Of a DNA stretch of 64,000 nt, positions 60,608 through 64,000 are shown one piece after another. Under the pieces are notes generated by a model. That model made no database searches. It was not told the DNA's origin and saw only the letters and a list, made by a program, of their open reading frames with translations. The stretch comes from a virus. Both the position numbers and the translations under genes were made by a program. Each line of letters begins with the position of its first letter. Within the stretch, counting starts at the first letter, position 1. The stretch is from positions 1-64,000 of the IMG/VR virus record IMGVR_UViG_3300025647_000026. One strand, written 5' to 3'.

Positions 60608-63600
60608 ATGAAAACATTACAACAACAATTTAATGAAATTACTTTATTAAGATTATTCGAGATTGAAGTAATAAACAAAAATACTTTTGAAACTGACTAT
60701 ATTATTTTCAATATTGAACTAGATAATAATTGCCTTATTGCTACTCATGAAAGTTTGACAATTGAGCAACAAAATAGCAATAAAATTGCTTTTGTTTCAA
60801 TTGAGTTAGATGGTTGTTTTTCACTAGATGAAAATTTACAAGGTTTGCACGGTGAATGTATAGATGCAATTTTAAATAGTGACTTTTTTGAACTAGCTAA
60901 ATAAACAAAATTATGAAAAACTTATTATTTACAATTCTTTATTTGGGCTTCATTTTAGCTATTATTTCAATCGCAACAACTAATATATATTTATTAGGAT
61001 TGTCGGAGCTAATTTGTTTCCCGATAATAATCAGATTATTATTTTTAAACTTCAAAAATAAAGTTTAACTAACAAATAATTTTAACTAAATTTCATTTTA
61101 ATAACTTAGCTGTAATATTGCAGCATTCAATTAACAAATTAAAAACACAAATCAAAATTATGAATTATTCAAACGTAAATTTAAAAAGACCTTACGAGGC
61201 AAATCAAAACATTTTAGACTCAATTAATTTTGATGTTTTATTGTTAGAAATATCTTGCAATTTACCAATAATTAACAAAGAAACAATAAGAAAGCAGTTT
61301 GAAACAAGTTTAAACGCTAAAATTAACGAGGCGAAACAAGTTTTTAATGATAATTTAGAAAACATTTTAACTGAGGCTTTAGAGTATCAAAATATGAAAT
61401 AAATAAGAGTTTAACTGACGAGAATTTAATATTCGAAACAAGGTTTAAAAGCCTTGTATTAAACAAATTAAAAAACAAAATTATGAATACAATTGAAAAC
61501 AAAAAAGCTAAAAAATGGGATTACTCAAAAGTAATACAACAAAATTGTTGTTATGGTTGGGAAGATGTAAGCACATACGAAACAAACAGCCAATTTTTAA
61601 ACTTTCAAAAAAGCGGAGTTTTTAAAGAAAATAGCAAAGGGAAAAATTTTGAAGTATCTTTAATTAATCATGATTTTGCGGAGTATGCTCGTATGGGTTA
61701 CGCTGTAAGAATAATAAAAAGAAAAACACTAAATAAAGGAGAATAAAAAAATGGATATTCAAGACTTAAAAACAGCTAAAGAACAAAAAGTTAGTTTATT
61801 GTTAAAAGATTGTAAAGTATTTTTTGCTTTCAGTAATCAACAATTTGAAGAAAATAAAACACCTTTAGAGGAGGGAGAAAAATATGTTTCTATTGGTGCG
61901 GGTGGATATATGCCAAAAAGCCAAAAAGAAAATTTTAATAATGGTATGGATTTAATACATAATTGGTATAAAGGCGAAACGAAAAACAATAAATTAAGAA
62001 AGGAAAATATACTGTATGAGTTAAATAATCATGAAGCCTTTTATACAATGAGTATTGATACTACATTGGAAGTTTTAGGAAGCGAATATACAAGAAAAGA
62101 GGTTTTCAGCGTATATTCTAGGGAGTTAAAAAAATTAATTAAGGCGGATAAAATATAAAATTATGAAAAACGAAATTTATAAAAACTGCAAAAGTATTTT
62201 AATTGATACAGCTAAAGAAGCCAAAAGGCACAATAAAACAGATAAGCCTTATATAAGACAATGTATAAACGAACAAGCCGACCAATTGCACCGACAAATT
62301 GATTTTCACGAAATAAAGGAAACAATAAGCCAAAAGCAAGCAAATTTATATAAATTATGGATTACTAATTTAGCTTGTAATTTACACCCCTAAAAATTAA
62401 ACCAATGAAAACAATAATTAAAATCTTCCTTTCAATAGGTGAATTTATAGGCATTGCAATTTTATTATTTGGCTTAATTATACTAATTGAATTACTTTAA
62501 AGCCTTATAACGTGGCTTAATAGCTTGAAAATAAAGCTATGTAAATATTGAATATTTGCCACGTTCAAACACAAAAAAACAACAAATAAAATATGAATAT
62601 TCGCACAAAGAGACCCATAAATACAGTTAGAATAGTTAAAATTAGTTGCACTAATGAAATAGGGCAAACCAATCAAACTTTTACAGTGGATGAAAATAGT
62701 AAACAAAACAGCCCTAGTTTTGATAGTTATAATAATTTTATTGATTGGAAAAACAAACTTATTAATTATGCTTTTCGCACTGATTTAGAATATACTAAAC
62801 AAAACTATACTTCACCTTGTAACTAAATTAACCATGCAAAATTTAACCGATAAACAACTTCTTGATATGTGTGTAAATTACATGTACACGCCTCAAGGCT
62901 TATTAATTAGCTGTATTGCATTTATGATTTTAATTGGATTAATAGGCTTAACAATTGGATTGTTTCGCACAATTGCGCTAATTAAAACAGACTGCGAGGA
63001 AATTTTAAAAGATAAATAAACATACAATTTTAAACAAATAAGGAACACAATAAAATTATGGAAACTTTACAGCAAACAAGCTTTAATTTAAGAAATGCAG
63101 CTATTCAAAATATTACAGACTACTGTAATAAAAACAATTGTATGGAGCAATTTAATTCAATCAAAAAAGAGTTAATTTTACAAGCGGAAAAAGATAATAA
63201 TGAATTGATACCAATTGAATTTTACAGAAAATTTTATAATTTATCAATTGAATTTCTAAAATAAGGAACAAATAAATTTAACTTTAAAGTATTGTAAAAT
63301 AACTATTTACCTACATTAAGGAACAAACAAACTAAAATAAGGAATATAAAAAAACATCAAAACATCATGAATAAAGAAAATTATTTTATAGTATATTGGT
63401 TTGGCAGCCCAATATTTCAAACAAAAGACGAATTAACTGCTTATGCTTATGCAAATACATATAACACAGCAATTGTAAAAAAATCAAATAAATCATTATT
63501 ATAACATCATGCAAGCAATATATTTCAAAGGCACAATAATAGCTATATCCACAGCAGACAAAAATACAAGAGTAATTTTAAAACAACATAGCTGCGAAAG

Positions 63601-63965
63601 GTTGCAGCCAGCAGACTTTGCAGATTTATTTGTGAGCGGGCAAACTTATAAACTAAAAGATAATTATACAGTTAAACCAATTTATTTAAATCAAATATTT
63701 TAAACATACAAACACAAACAAAATGAAATTAACATACGTTTTAAAAGAAAATGTACTTTCTGATAATATTTTAGAAGTGCCCGAAAAAGGTTATATTTTC
63801 AAAGGTGGGATTATAGCAGTTTTAAAAGAATATAGTTTTCAAAATGAATGGAGCGATAAGCTAACAACTAAAAAATTTAAAAAGCAAAGTAGTTTATTTG
63901 AATACTTAAATAAAAACTATCAAAATTTAGATTTAGATTTTACAAACACAATTTTAACCAATTAA
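60608..63965 (+). other. Early-type region of small hypothetical genes
   Basis: About 14 short co-oriented ORFs, many preceded by AAACAAAATT-ATG-like A-rich leaders. Confidence 0.65.
61409..61464 (+). ncRNA. Hammerhead ribozyme, type I
   Basis: Stem I GTTTAA/TTAAAC; core CTGACGA; stem II GAAT/ATTC; GAAA; stem III CAAGG/CCTTG; GTA cleavage triplet. Confidence 0.85.
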
Positions 63966-64000
63966 AAACTCGAACAATTTAAAAACACAAAACAAAATTA

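Noticed and set aside
1-64000. Stop-codon reassignment as in some crAss-like phages
   Set aside because: Long genes are intact in the standard code, and TAG and TGA both act as stops; no suppressor tRNA seen
1-64000. CRISPR array, DGR/retron reverse transcriptase, introns or inteins
   Set aside because: No regularly spaced repeats, no RT motif, and TerL, MCP and helicase appear uninterrupted

Overview
This window is a large part of an AT-rich dsDNA phage genome. The host is almost certainly Bacteroidota: the TAnnTTTG (-7) promoter element precedes most transcription units, and start regions are A-rich rather than Shine-Dalgarno-like. The virion module resembles crAss-like/Flavobacterium podoviruses: terminase, portal, scaffold, major and auxiliary capsid proteins, three ring proteins, a 1522-aa muzzle-like protein, fibres and four putative ejected proteins. 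I saw no RNA polymerase or DNA polymerase. Instead there is an iteron-containing initiator plus DnaB-like helicase, a small serine recombinase, three antirepressor-type proteins, a ferritin, an HNH-AP2 nuclease, phosphoesterases and many small hypothetical genes. The most unusual layer is regulatory. (i) Structural genes alternate on one strand with islands of small genes, many units bounded by their own terminator and promoter. (ii) The islands share a promoter variant, TTTAAYTAG-N19-TAnnTTTG, seen 8-9 times. (iii) About 15 genes look leaderless. (iv) There is a dense set of non-coding RNAs: a type I hammerhead ribozyme, two non-canonical tRNA-like RNAs, a ~155-nt structured RNA, a stand-alone sRNA complementary to start regions, and an attenuator. 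All protein calls come from motif recognition and gene context, not database searches.
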